Positions 18,536 through 28,709 are shown, counted from the first letter of the stretch. The stretch: DNA of 64,000 nt from Muribaculaceae bacterium (GCA_017940245.1 JAGAYZ010000004.1:2931-66930); one strand, 5' to 3'. Numbers and translations: made by a program. The notes: generated from the sequence alone by a model not told the origin.

Positions 18536-19639
18536 TTATTTCTGGGCCAAGCTGTGGTTGAAGTATTTCTTGTTGCCGGTGATGTCTTCGAGTACCTTTA
18601 CAAAAGGCGGGAATTTGATGTCTTCGCCTTCTACAATGCCTTTGGTCTCGAGGATGACGAGCCCCTCCAGCTCGTTGTGGTAGGTGTCAATCTCAAAGTA
18701 TTGTCCTTTCCAGATGAAACTCTGGCGATGTTTTTCGATGACGCGGCGAGTGGGGTCGGTCAGGGAGAGCATCATTTCGTAGAGGCTGTTGTTGATTTGT
18801 CGCTCGGTGACCAGTTCCTCGGTATCGGAGATGCGCTTTTTGGTGGTGTGCAGGTAGAAATACTTGCCCTGCCATCCGCGTTTGCGCAGGCGCACTTCGC
18901 TGTTGGGGTCGGCGCTGGTGAGGTAGGTCTGAATGATGTCGGCCTCGATGCAGTCGGCGGGTACTTCGCCTGTGAGCTGGATGAGGTATTTGTGCTCATG
19001 CTCGATGGGCTGGGGCAGTCCCAGCACACTGCTGATTTCCTTGAGCACGCGGCGCATCTTGGCCTCGAAGTCGTCGTGGTTGTTAATCACGCGCAGGTGA
19101 GGGTGTCCGGTCCAGGCCTTGATCACTTTCTTGTCTAGCGACCGGGCGATGCGTAGCCCCTCCTCGTCCATCTGCTCATAGCGTTGGGCGTTGTTGGCCG
19201 TGGTGTAGTATTGTTCGGCACCATCAGCAGCCGATACCAGGTGCAGCACCGCATCGTAGCGCTCGCGCAACTCGGCACTTGACGTGCCTACGGCGCGTGT
19301 GAGTGTTTCCCACATTTCGGGCTGCATGTAGGCCGAAATGTCCATTGTGCCACGGTCGCACACGATGATGCACGGCTCGCTGCACTCCTGTGCCATGCGT
19401 GTGAACTTGTCTTCCAGAGCCAGTTGCACTTCCAGCGTGGCTTTTTCGCCCTCGTAGAAGTATCCTTTGTTCTGGGTCAGGTAGTTCATGCCGGCGGCGG
19501 TGAACATGGTGGGCACTTCGGGCAGGGTGAAAACTTGGTAGCCCAGGCTGCCGAAATGCTCTATAATCTTGGCCAAAGCTGTGGTCTTGCCGGCGCAAGG
19601 GCCACCGGTGAGCACGATGCGTGTGATGTTGTTATTCAT
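18536..19639 (-). CDS. AAA_28 (NadR/TTD14-like) P-loop NTPase fused to a CYTH-like domain
   Basis: Walker A LTGGPCAGKTT; VCDRG; EHEHKYL; VRLRKRG; FEIDTY...ILE. Confidence 0.85.
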   Translation of the reverse strand: MNNNITRIVLTGGPCAGKTTALAKIIEHFGSLGYQVFTLPEVPTMFTAAGMNYLTQNKGYFYEGEKATLEVQLALEDKFTRMAQECSEPCIIVCDRGTMDISAYMQPEMWETLTRAVGTSSAELRERYDAVLHLVSAADGAEQYYTTANNAQRYEQMDEEGLRIARSLDKKVIKAWTGHPHLRVINNHDDFEAKMRRVLKEISSVLGLPQPIEHEHKYLIQLTGEVPADCIEADIIQTYLTSADPNSEVRLRKRGWQGKYFYLHTTKKRISDTEELVTERQINNSLYEMMLSLTDPTRRVIEKHRQSFIWKGQYFEIDTYHNELEGLVILETKGIVEGEDIKFPPFVKVLEDITGNKKYFNHSLAQK

Positions 19640-19764
19640 CAGTTTATGGTTGTGTTAGACGTTATTTTTTCGATAGTGATAAATGCTTTTTCTCAACAAA
19701 AATGCAAATGTAGCCATTTTTTCTGAAACAGCAAAATCTGTGCTTGACGATGGCCCGTAAAATA

Positions 19765-19800
19765 AACTTCGCGCCACGGGCTGGCCGCTGGCGCGAAGAT
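19765..19800 (-). terminator. Intrinsic terminator
   Basis: cttcgcgcca...tggcgcgaag stem. Confidence 0.6.
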
Positions 19801-19824
19801 GATTTTCAAGGGTGGATAACTGCT

Positions 19825-21606
19825 TTAGTGAGTGTTGAGGATGATGTTGATGATTGCATTCACGTCGCTCACATCCACATTACTATCGCCCGTGAGGTCG
19901 GCATTGCCGGGATAGTCGTCGGCGGTTTTCATTTTGAGAATGATATTGATGGCGGCATTCACATCGCTCACATCGATGGAACCGTCGCCTGTCACGTCGC
20001 CAGTTTCCAGTGCCGGCTCGTTTTGTCCTTGAGTGATTTTATAGTAGAAACGTGCTCCGGGATAAGAGAAGCAGATGATGGCTTCGCGGTAGGTGGTGCC
20101 GGCTGGCAGAGGTTTCACGTCGAAGGTGGCGTTTACATCACATCCCTGTTCCCAAGCATCGGTCTGATTCAGGCTCATGCCCACCCATGCGGGCACATTG
20201 CCCACTACGTTGCCATTGGCATCCACTTCTTTCTCGGTCCAGAAACTGAGTGGCTTATAGGCGAATAGCGCCACAGTATAGCTTTCGCCGGCGGCATCGA
20301 AGTTGCGCTCGGTGGCTTCGCTGCCCGAGTTGGTGGTGAGCCAGGGACGCTCGGTCTCGATGTAGATGGTGGGAGCCGACTTGATGCCGGGTTTAAGGAA
20401 ATTGTTCAGTCCCTTGAATGTGGTGATATAGCCATCGGCGTTGGCAATGCCCACGTAGCCCAGCTCGCCGTAGCCCTCGTCTTCATTGTCGTTGCTCACA
20501 TTGATGGTGATGTCGGCGATGTCGTCGTCGTTATAGCCGGTGATCACCACCAGGATGTTGCCGGTGATTTCGGGGATGGCTTGCTGGTTGTCGCGCACAG
20601 GAATGGACAGAATGTCTTTGGCGGTACTGGTGGCGGCGTTAAGGGTTGCTGTTCCGCTGGCGATGAGCTCGCCCAGCACCGGACTCACCGACTCGGTGTC
20701 GCTATAGGCCGGAATCTCGTCGAGTGCATAGATGGCGGCCTGGATGGTGGCGATACCCGTCGATGCCGCTGCCTCGGTCCACTTCAGACCTTGATACCGC
20801 ACGCCCACGTGGCTAATCAAGTAGGGGTGGCTGGGTTTCTCAAAAGCAATAGCCGCGGCGTCATATCCACGTGTGTTGCGACCCAAGAAATAGGCATGCG
20901 AAGATTCGGGGGCGGCCCACTGCTCGTCCATCGTGTAATAAGAGCTGGCACCGGTGGTGCTGTCGAAGCGCGGATGGTTCAGCGCGCCATATTTGCTCGA
21001 TTCCCAAGCGTGGCGCTCTTGCATGGTGGTGGTGGAGCCGTATTGCCAGTATGGGTAGGTCCACACGGTGGTGCGCAGCATTTCGGCCGAGTTGTTGTAG
21101 CCATGCAGGAAATAGCTGTCGGTCGTGGTGCCGTCGGTCACGGTGAGCGTGGGCACAGAGTCGGCCATTACCACAGGATAGGAGATGGTGAAGTCGGGCT
21201 CGGTAGAGGTCACTTCTTCTTTGCTCCAGCCCACGGTGTGCAGGCCTACCCAGTTGTAGGTGGTGGCACCGGTCGACAAGTCGGTATAGGTGACCGGAAC
21301 GTAAGCTGTGGCATGCAGTTGCGACGCATTGTAGCCATAGATGCTGCCGGGTTTGGAGTCGCGTGTGTAGAGCGGATTATAGAACACGCCGGCCGGGCGA
21401 CGGTAAAAAGCTCTTGGTGTGCCGATCTGGGCACGACGGGGAGCCGTGTTGTTGGTCATTTGTGCGCGTGCCGGCGTGGCGTCGGGCACGATGAAGCCTT
21501 GTGGGGCTGTTTCCTGTTGCTGCGCTGCGGCGAACTCGCTGCGCAGTTGGGCCTGCGCCGTGAGAGCCAGGCATGCAATAGCCGGTAGAAGGATTGTTTT
21601 TCTCAT
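19825..21606 (-). CDS. Secreted protein with C-terminal dockerin-like domain
   Basis: Signal peptide; GDVTGDGSIDVSDVNAAINIILK and ADLTGDSNVDVSDVNAIINIIL. Confidence 0.85.
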   Translation of the reverse strand: MRKTILLPAIACLALTAQAQLRSEFAAAQQQETAPQGFIVPDATPARAQMTNNTAPRRAQIGTPRAFYRRPAGVFYNPLYTRDSKPGSIYGYNASQLHATAYVPVTYTDLSTGATTYNWVGLHTVGWSKEEVTSTEPDFTISYPVVMADSVPTLTVTDGTTTDSYFLHGYNNSAEMLRTTVWTYPYWQYGSTTTMQERHAWESSKYGALNHPRFDSTTGASSYYTMDEQWAAPESSHAYFLGRNTRGYDAAAIAFEKPSHPYLISHVGVRYQGLKWTEAAASTGIATIQAAIYALDEIPAYSDTESVSPVLGELIASGTATLNAATSTAKDILSIPVRDNQQAIPEITGNILVVITGYNDDDIADITINVSNDNEDEGYGELGYVGIANADGYITTFKGLNNFLKPGIKSAPTIYIETERPWLTTNSGSEATERNFDAAGESYTVALFAYKPLSFWTEKEVDANGNVVGNVPAWVGMSLNQTDAWEQGCDVNATFDVKPLPAGTTYREAIICFSYPGARFYYKITQGQNEPALETGDVTGDGSIDVSDVNAAINIILKMKTADDYPGNADLTGDSNVDVSDVNAIINIILNTH

Positions 21607-21644
21607 AGAAATGGTTTCTAATCAATGAATAGGATTGAACTATG

Positions 21645-21677
21645 AAAAAGGGAACCTTGCATTTGGGTCCCCTTTAG
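21645..21677 (-). terminator. Intrinsic terminator-like hairpin
   Basis: aaaaagggaacc...ggtcccctttag. Confidence 0.5.
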
Positions 21678-21695
21678 ATGAACTACAATAATGTG

Positions 21696-22259
21696 TTATT
21701 TCACCACTTTTGATGTGGATGTGGTGCCGTCGGTGTAGCGGGTTACCACGATGTTGATGCCGTCGAATGGCGAGTTGCTCATGTGACCCGAGAGGTCGCA
21801 GTAGGTGATGCCTGCCACCTGGCGCTGGCCTTTCACATCGCTCACGGCAGTGCTTACGCTCTGGGCGTTGACAGTGATCTTGGGCATGCGCACGTGCGAC
21901 GTGGGCTTAAACGTCACCACCTCGGCCGAGCCGCTCCAGTAGCCCTTCTTGCCGTCTTGGTCGTAGGTGTAGCCTTCGGGGGCATACTGGCTGAAGTAGG
22001 ACGAGCCGTAGCTGTATTCGGTACATTCAAACTCGATGCCGGTAATCACGCCTTCTTCGGCGGCTACGGTCATCTCGGTCAGTGCCAGCACTATGTAGTA
22101 GTTGGAGCGATCCATGTGCGACATGGTGATGGTGACACCGTCTTTGGTGACCGAGGTCTCGCCAGTGTCGATTCCGGCTTCAAACACCACTTCGTTAGCA
22201 AAACACGAGCCTGCGGCCATCAGAGCGGCCGCCATGAGAGAAAGTAATTTTTTTGTCAT
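21696..22259 (-). CDS. Small secreted protein with T9SS-CTD-like C-terminus
   Basis: Signal peptide; C-terminus TAVSDV...YCDLSG...PFDGINIVVTRYTDGTTSTSKVVK. Confidence 0.8.
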   Translation of the reverse strand: MTKKLLSLMAAALMAAGSCFANEVVFEAGIDTGETSVTKDGVTITMSHMDRSNYYIVLALTEMTVAAEEGVITGIEFECTEYSYGSSYFSQYAPEGYTYDQDGKKGYWSGSAEVVTFKPTSHVRMPKITVNAQSVSTAVSDVKGQRQVAGITYCDLSGHMSNSPFDGINIVVTRYTDGTTSTSKVVK

Positions 22260-22437
22260 AGAGTAATTGATTGTAAAATTAAAAAATGTCGTTATTTTTT
22301 TGCAAATTTACTGCGAAATCACGAAACAGGCAAAAAAGTGACGCAAAAATCTAAATTCATTGATTGATAATTCGTTCTGTGTGGCAAATTATCGCTAAAT
22401 TTGTAGAATTGAAAAAGTTGTAATTTTAAATAACGAT

Positions 22438-24735
22438 ATGGTAACCAAAACTCGAATCGCCGCCATGCTCGCCATGATGGCAGCCGTGAATGTGGCCACT
22501 TCTGCGCCCATCGACGTGACCCGCGCCCAAACTCTTGCCGGCCAGTTCCTGGCCCGACAGGTGCAACAGGCCTCCAGTGTAGAACTCGCCGCTCGTGCTC
22601 CGCGCCGTGCCGCGGCCGCCAGCCAGGCGGCCTACTATGTGTTTAACTCCAGCCAGGCCGGCCGTGGCTATGTGGTCATTGCCGGCGACGACCGCGTGCC
22701 CGCTGTGCTGGCCTATAGCGATGAGGGCCGCTTCGATGCCGCCGCCGTGCCGCCCGCCATGCAGGAATTGCTCGACGGCTATGCCGCGCAGATGGAACTG
22801 CTCGACCAGGCTCAGCCGGCACCGCGCCTCACCGCGCGCACTCCCATAGAGCCGCTGCTCAAGAGTCACTGGGGCCAGAGTGCGCCCTATAACATCATGA
22901 CACCCTACGTGAGCGGCGTTCACGCCCCCACGGGCTGTGTGGCTACCGCCATGGCGCAAATCATGTACTGCCACCAGTATCCAGCACGCGCCACTACCAC
23001 CATCCCGTCTTATACCTCTTCTAGCAATGCCATCTTCATGCCGTCGCTCAGCCCGGTGGATTTCAACTGGACGGCCATGAACGACCTCTATTACAGCAAC
23101 GACACCACCAGCACCGCCGCTAAGGCCGTAGCCACACTGATGAAATACTGCGACCAGGCACTGTCGATGGATTTTCAGAAGTCGGTGTCGAATGCGTCGA
23201 CGGCACTCATCCCCTATGCCCTGTCGACCTACTTTGGCTACAAGGCCAGTGCACGCTATGTGAGTCGCTTGAACTATAGCACCGAGGACTGGGAGCAGAT
23301 GCTCTACGACGAGTTGGCCGCCGGCCGCCCTGTTGCCTATGCCGGCAACAAGAAGTCGGGCGGGCACTCCTTTGTGTGCGATGGCGTGGATGCCGACGGC
23401 TTGTTCCACATCAACTGGGGCTGGGCCAGCCAGAGCGACGGCTACTTCGTGCTGAGTGTGCTCAACCCCACGGCACAGGGCATCGGCAGTTCGGTGGGTG
23501 CTTATGGCTACATCTATAACCAAGCCATGGCCATCGGGCTGGAACCGGGCACTGCCGATGCTGGCACACTGGCGCTCACTTCCACGCGGTTCACGCTGGA
23601 AGATGCCATCACCACACGCACGGCCTACTCGGGCAGTTTCCAGGTGACCGTGTCCAACCGCTTCTTTAACTACACCTCGCAGGTGGCCAGCTTCAACCTG
23701 GGCTTCGGCTTGTATAAGGATGGTGAACTGCAGACCAAGCTCTACTCGTCGTATACCACCAATTTGAAGCCCAGCCGCTACATCTCCACGTCGTCGCGCA
23801 CGCTGAGCTTCGGCTCCTACCTGTCGAGTGGCACCTATCGCATTGTGCCCATCTACAGCATTTATAACGCCAACGACTGGCATCCCTGCCTGGGTACCGA
23901 CAACAACTACATCGAGGTGACCATCAATGGTAACACCTGCACGGTGAATGGCTATGGAACCACAGCCGCACCCAGCTACACGGTGAACGACGTGACCTTT
24001 GAGGGCACACTGCACGAGGGCAAAACGGTGAATGTGAAGGCCTCGGTGACCAATAACGGTGACTCGCGCTACGACTTGGTGTACCTGTTCATGGACGGCG
24101 AGTTCACCTCCACGGCGCAACCCGACCTGGACAAGGGCGAGACGGGCGAAATCGGCTTCAACTTTGTGCCCACCGAGGCCGGCAGCTACACCGTGACGCT
24201 ATCGCTCAACGACGACGGCTCGAAACCACTGGCCACACGCACGCTCACCATCACCCCCATGGACACGGCCTTGCTTGACTTTGCCACGCAGGTGCTCAAT
24301 GTGACCGACGAGGAGAACCGCATCGTGAACAGCAACCGATTTGGGGTGGATGTGACGGTGAGCAACACCGGGCTGACGCCCTATGACGAGGACATTGCCA
24401 TGCGCATCTTCCGAGTGACGCACGACACCTATGGCAATTCTATCCACACGCAGTCGCAGCACGTGCAACTGGCCGCCGGCGAGTCGACGCAGTTGCATTT
24501 TGAGTTTGACGGACTGGTGGATGGCATGAAGTATTTTGCCTGGGTGTATTACTATAGCGGCGGTGAACTGATCACGGCCAAGGGCACCGGCATCTACACG
24601 ATGCAAATGCCCACTGAGCCTGTGAATCCTGACCCGGATCCCGACCCCAATCCGCTGGATGGTGACCTGAACCACGACGGCGTGGTGGATGTCTCCGATG
24701 TGAATTACCTCATCAACATCATTCTCAAGAAGTGA
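22438..24735 (+). CDS. C10 family (streptopain-like) cysteine peptidase with Ig-like domains and a single dockerin half-repeat
   Basis: Propeptide YYVFN...GYVVIAGDDRVPAVLAYS; WGQSAPYN; TGCVATAMAQ (catalytic Cys); GGHSFVCDG (His); HINWGW; terminal DGDLNHDGVVDVSDVNYLINIILKK. Confidence 0.92.
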   Translation: MVTKTRIAAMLAMMAAVNVATSAPIDVTRAQTLAGQFLARQVQQASSVELAARAPRRAAAASQAAYYVFNSSQAGRGYVVIAGDDRVPAVLAYSDEGRFDAAAVPPAMQELLDGYAAQMELLDQAQPAPRLTARTPIEPLLKSHWGQSAPYNIMTPYVSGVHAPTGCVATAMAQIMYCHQYPARATTTIPSYTSSSNAIFMPSLSPVDFNWTAMNDLYYSNDTTSTAAKAVATLMKYCDQALSMDFQKSVSNASTALIPYALSTYFGYKASARYVSRLNYSTEDWEQMLYDELAAGRPVAYAGNKKSGGHSFVCDGVDADGLFHINWGWASQSDGYFVLSVLNPTAQGIGSSVGAYGYIYNQAMAIGLEPGTADAGTLALTSTRFTLEDAITTRTAYSGSFQVTVSNRFFNYTSQVASFNLGFGLYKDGELQTKLYSSYTTNLKPSRYISTSSRTLSFGSYLSSGTYRIVPIYSIYNANDWHPCLGTDNNYIEVTINGNTCTVNGYGTTAAPSYTVNDVTFEGTLHEGKTVNVKASVTNNGDSRYDLVYLFMDGEFTSTAQPDLDKGETGEIGFNFVPTEAGSYTVTLSLNDDGSKPLATRTLTITPMDTALLDFATQVLNVTDEENRIVNSNRFGVDVTVSNTGLTPYDEDIAMRIFRVTHDTYGNSIHTQSQHVQLAAGESTQLHFEFDGLVDGMKYFAWVYYYSGGELITAKGTGIYTMQMPTEPVNPDPDPDPNPLDGDLNHDGVVDVSDVNYLINIILKK

Positions 24736-24777
24736 GTTTAGCGGCAAGCTACGAGTGTGTGAAGCATTGCGCGACAT

Positions 24778-24818
24778 GAAAGAGGGCTGCCGATTCCACG
24801 CGGATCGGCAGCCCTCTA
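24778..24818. terminator. Bidirectional terminator between convergent genes
   Basis: agagggctgccgat...atcggcagccctct, 14-bp stem. Confidence 0.75.
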
Positions 24819-24836
24819 ACTATAAACTATTCACTA

Positions 24837-27800
24837 TTATCGATTGATTGATTTCGTGGTGGCGGTGGTGCCATCGGTGTAGTGGGTGACCACGATGTTC
24901 AGGCCATCGAAGGGCTTGCTGCTGCGCATGCCAGCCACATTCACATATTCCACTCGCTGCACCTGTGCGCTCTGCTTCAGGTCGCGCACGGCGGTGACCA
25001 AATGACCCTCGAAGTCGGCCACCAGGTCGATGGGCCATGCTTCGATCACCGAAGCCGTTTGGCCGGGCTTGATGGCGGCGTGGCGGGGTGCGCCGGCAGC
25101 CACGGGGATGATGGGCGCGCCGTAGCTGTCGCTAGTGCGGCGCACGATGATGTGGAACTCGTAGACGTTGGCCGTGTTGTCGCTATGGTTGAGGGCCTCA
25201 ATCACCTCATCGCCGGGCGACACATTGTAGGTCCAGCCACCGATGTTGAATGCGCCATTGAAGTTCTCAAAGTTCTCTGCGCCGTCGCGGGCCGAGACCA
25301 CAAACATCTGCTGGTCTTCGTTCTGGTCCCACATGGCCCAAGTGACCACGGCATATTCCTGAATCTTGGGATTGAGGAAGTAGAACGGTTGTGCTGCCGC
25401 AGCCGTGGGCAACTGGCCGTCGAGAGTGAGGTTCTCGGGCAGGAAGTTCACCGTGCAATAGGTGTTGGGCTGGTAGGTGGCGTCGTCGCCGGTTTGAAGT
25501 GCGCCACTGGTGACGCGCATCTTGTAGTTGAGCTTGTCGGTGAGCACGCCGGTCACTGTGCCGGCATCAATCAGCTTGTTCAGTCCGGCCTGGGCCATGT
25601 CGCTTCCGTCGGGATAGTCCGAGAAGTCGAGTTCCACCCAGTTGCTCTGGTCCCAGTTGCCCTTGCGAGCGCCTGCTGGAGTGTAGTCGCGAGCGCCCAT
25701 GAAGTCAGTTTGGTTGGCCAGCGGAGTGGTCTTGATAATCGACTGGTCGCCCAGGTCTTTGCACCACAGGCTGTTGCCGATGCGGTAGATGCCCTGCAGC
25801 TGGTCGGCCACGGTGTAGGTCTTGTCCACTTCGCCATCCTTCTCAATCCAGTGCAGCGGTGTGCTGATTACTTTGTAGTAGGCCGTCTGGTCGGCGTGGA
25901 TCCAGCCCAGGTAGTTGGTGCCGTCGAGTTGGGTCACCGTCTCGCCGTCGTTGACCTGGGTCAGCCTGGAGATGGTGCTGGTGGCGGTAGTGGCGCTCTC
26001 GCTCTGGCTGGTGGCCGTGCCGCTGATGGTCTGGGTGGCCTTATACATGAAGTTGCCGTCGGCCTCATCGGGGTTGATGGCCTTGATTCGGCTATAGAGG
26101 TCACCGCTCAGGGTCACCAGCTGGTTTTGCGACACCTCCACGGCATCGGCAGCGGTGGCACCGCCCATCGGGTCGAGCGTGAGAGTGGTGGTATATTTCT
26201 CAATTTTCAGCTGGTTGTTGGCTAGGTTGCCTTTGTTTGCGCTGGCTGTGGTGCCCACGTAGATGCGATAGATGCCGGCCGGAATCTTGTAGGCATTATT
26301 CTCGTACTGGCTGCCATACCACAGATAGATAGCGTTTTGAGCGGTATTGGTCTCGTTTACGAGATAATCGTTTTCGCCCGGCACACCGCGCCAGTTGCCG
26401 CCATTGATGTTGCTCCAGTTGTCGTTGAGGTCAATCTTCCAGGTCACACTGAAGCGGCCATAAGGATCGCCGGTGTTGTCGCCATAGTTGCCGGTACCGG
26501 TAAAGTAGACGTCGATGTAATATTCGTCGGTAACGTCGTTGTAATTGAAACGCGGACCATAGGTGTGCCACTTGGTTGTGCCGTTGTCGTCGTAGGTCCA
26601 CTTGCCGCCGTTGGCATCGCCCAGCAGGTAGAGCGGAGCCTTGGTGTTGTCGAAGAAGTAGGCGGTGATAGTCACCTCGTTGTCGGGCATGGTGAAGTTG
26701 TAGTTGCCCAGCTGGTCGGCGGCGAGGGTGGTCTCCACGCCAGTCGCATGGTCCTTGACGGTGACATACGACAGCTCGAAGTAGCCGCCATTTTCGTTTT
26801 GGATGTCGATGAGGTTGGGTGTCACGTTAAACACCACGTTCTCTCCTTCGTACGACTTCACCTGGTCTTGCTGCACCACATATCCCTCGGTCAAGAAAAT
26901 ATTACCGCAAAGAGATGTGGGCTTCACAACAGTGTAGATGTTGTGATATTCAACTGGTGCGAAGGTAGCGATAATGTGAGCATTGAATCCTGGCATCACA
27001 AAAGTGTAAAGTGTGCCATTGATTGACTGACTGCTGCTCAAGATTTCAATGGTTTCATTCTCAACAACAGTCCCATCGTCGCGGCGTGCTTGAATAACAA
27101 GATTGGAGATTTTATAACCATTGGCAGGTGTCACAAGGAATTGCACAGTGTCCATCTTTTGCGACCAGTTAATTCCATTGTCAACAAGAATGCCATCGCG
27201 AAGTGAGATACTGCCCTTCGAATCGTCAGGTTGCACTTCGGTCGTTACCTTATATTGTTTAGCAGGCTTGTATAGATAAACCTGCTGGCGTGTATTCGTG
27301 TCGTAGAGGTTTCTGAATTGTTTTTTATCGTTATTATGCCGCAAAGCATAATAATAGTTGTTGGAATATGGATTACTGAATTGATATCGAATATCAGCAT
27401 AATAATCCCAGTTGGTGGAAATGTTTTCTGAGTTGATTGTTATCTTCGTAATGCATGAACTGGTCAATGAAGGAACATTGGCCACTTTTGTAATACAAAA
27501 ACCATGGTTGTAACTTTCAGTGCTCTGATATGAAGTTTGTGACCTGATATAGTTAGTACCAGCTTTAATATAATACTTATAAGTATTATTCCCAGTTCCT
27601 GTCTGAAGTTTTATAAATTGTGTCTCATCGGTTGCTTTAACGCGTAAACCATTATCAATTAGGGTTACAGGAGTTGATAATATATTATCGGTAGCAGACG
27701 ATCCTGTTGTATTTACGCTCATTGCATAGCCTGTACTGGTAGTGGCCGTAGCGCGACCTACAAGCATATATGAATCTGTAGTGTTTAATTCGCTTGTATT

Positions 27801-28352
27801 GGTTACTAACTCATACATATCTCCGTTTTCTTGCTCAAGTACGATGTCGATTGAGGCGAAACGAACGGGCTTCCCTTGATTTTTGAACATCAACTCATAG
27901 CCAGCAGGTAAACCATCGGGGTAGTTGCCTGGCGTGCTATTTTTTGTTGAGACCCATAGCGCGTCATAACTGCTACCTCCATAATTATAAGTTAATGTGC
28001 CAGCTGTTTCGCTATGTGTTTGGCTGTACTGAATTGAAAGAGTGGTTGGTCCCCAATAAAAAACATCAATATTACTATTAGGATAGTTGTCCAAGCAATG
28101 GAATACAATTCTCTTGATGTTGAAGTTTGCGGATTTGATGGTGATAGTTGTCTGTTGCTTCATCAACAAGAAGTTGGGGTTGTTCATACCACCTGACATC
28201 ACGAGTTGCACACCGCCCTTTGATATATTATAGACGGTGTTGGCGCTTTCCCAGTCCACGTCGTTTCGGGAAATGGTGATAGTTTTCTCGCCGGCGTAGA
28301 GGGGGAGCAGGCAGACGAGAGCCATCAGCAGAGTTGTTAGTTTTTTCATCAT
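24837..28352 (-). CDS. Large multidomain secreted protein (InlB-B/Flg_new-like repeats, SusE/F-like segment, T9SS-CTD-like end)
   Basis: Signal peptide; VTPANGY...YTFVMP and YNFTMPDNEVTITAYF repeats; LYLLGDANGGKW; end YVNVAGMRSSKPFDGLNIVVTHYTDGTTATTK. Confidence 0.8.
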   Translation of the reverse strand: MMKKLTTLLMALVCLLPLYAGEKTITISRNDVDWESANTVYNISKGGVQLVMSGGMNNPNFLLMKQQTTITIKSANFNIKRIVFHCLDNYPNSNIDVFYWGPTTLSIQYSQTHSETAGTLTYNYGGSSYDALWVSTKNSTPGNYPDGLPAGYELMFKNQGKPVRFASIDIVLEQENGDMYELVTNTSELNTTDSYMLVGRATATTSTGYAMSVNTTGSSATDNILSTPVTLIDNGLRVKATDETQFIKLQTGTGNNTYKYYIKAGTNYIRSQTSYQSTESYNHGFCITKVANVPSLTSSCITKITINSENISTNWDYYADIRYQFSNPYSNNYYYALRHNNDKKQFRNLYDTNTRQQVYLYKPAKQYKVTTEVQPDDSKGSISLRDGILVDNGINWSQKMDTVQFLVTPANGYKISNLVIQARRDDGTVVENETIEILSSSQSINGTLYTFVMPGFNAHIIATFAPVEYHNIYTVVKPTSLCGNIFLTEGYVVQQDQVKSYEGENVVFNVTPNLIDIQNENGGYFELSYVTVKDHATGVETTLAADQLGNYNFTMPDNEVTITAYFFDNTKAPLYLLGDANGGKWTYDDNGTTKWHTYGPRFNYNDVTDEYYIDVYFTGTGNYGDNTGDPYGRFSVTWKIDLNDNWSNINGGNWRGVPGENDYLVNETNTAQNAIYLWYGSQYENNAYKIPAGIYRIYVGTTASANKGNLANNQLKIEKYTTTLTLDPMGGATAADAVEVSQNQLVTLSGDLYSRIKAINPDEADGNFMYKATQTISGTATSQSESATTATSTISRLTQVNDGETVTQLDGTNYLGWIHADQTAYYKVISTPLHWIEKDGEVDKTYTVADQLQGIYRIGNSLWCKDLGDQSIIKTTPLANQTDFMGARDYTPAGARKGNWDQSNWVELDFSDYPDGSDMAQAGLNKLIDAGTVTGVLTDKLNYKMRVTSGALQTGDDATYQPNTYCTVNFLPENLTLDGQLPTAAAAQPFYFLNPKIQEYAVVTWAMWDQNEDQQMFVVSARDGAENFENFNGAFNIGGWTYNVSPGDEVIEALNHSDNTANVYEFHIIVRRTSDSYGAPIIPVAAGAPRHAAIKPGQTASVIEAWPIDLVADFEGHLVTAVRDLKQSAQVQRVEYVNVAGMRSSKPFDGLNIVVTHYTDGTTATTKSINR

Positions 28353-28623
28353 AAGAATTTATTTTAGTTTATATGTAGTTTTTTGGGGGGAGAGAGTAGA
28401 AATTACAACCGACTGCACATCGTGTTGCGCACTCGTCTGCTCGTGTTCACATTTTCTTATGCCTAAATCTCTCCTTGGGCATTGGGAGAGGTGGTATAAA
28501 TGCCATAATAGGAGTGGCTATTTACACAAGAAATATGGAATAAGTGAACGAAGGGCCTTAGTTTTTTATTTTTTACTACTCAAATATTTATTCAAAAAAT
28601 GATTTTTTTGTTATAATTTCGTG

Positions 28624-28704
28624 CAAATTTACAATAAAAATCTGAAAAGTGGAAACTTTTTCTGAATAATTCTCCCCGAAATCCATAAAATTCCGATAGA
28701 TTTG
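28624..28704. promoter_or_regulatory. Divergent Bacteroidetes -7 boxes
   Basis: caaattta at 28624-28631 (minus strand, TAAATTTG) and tagatttg at 28697-28704 (plus strand). Confidence 0.6.
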
Positions 28705-28709
28705 CGATG

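Noticed and set aside
22426-24120. 564-aa minus-strand ORF
   Set aside because: Antisense shadow of the C10 peptidase with no recognisable motifs. The same applies to the other long antisense ORFs (e.g. 24882..26225, 33095..34147, 49725..50732).
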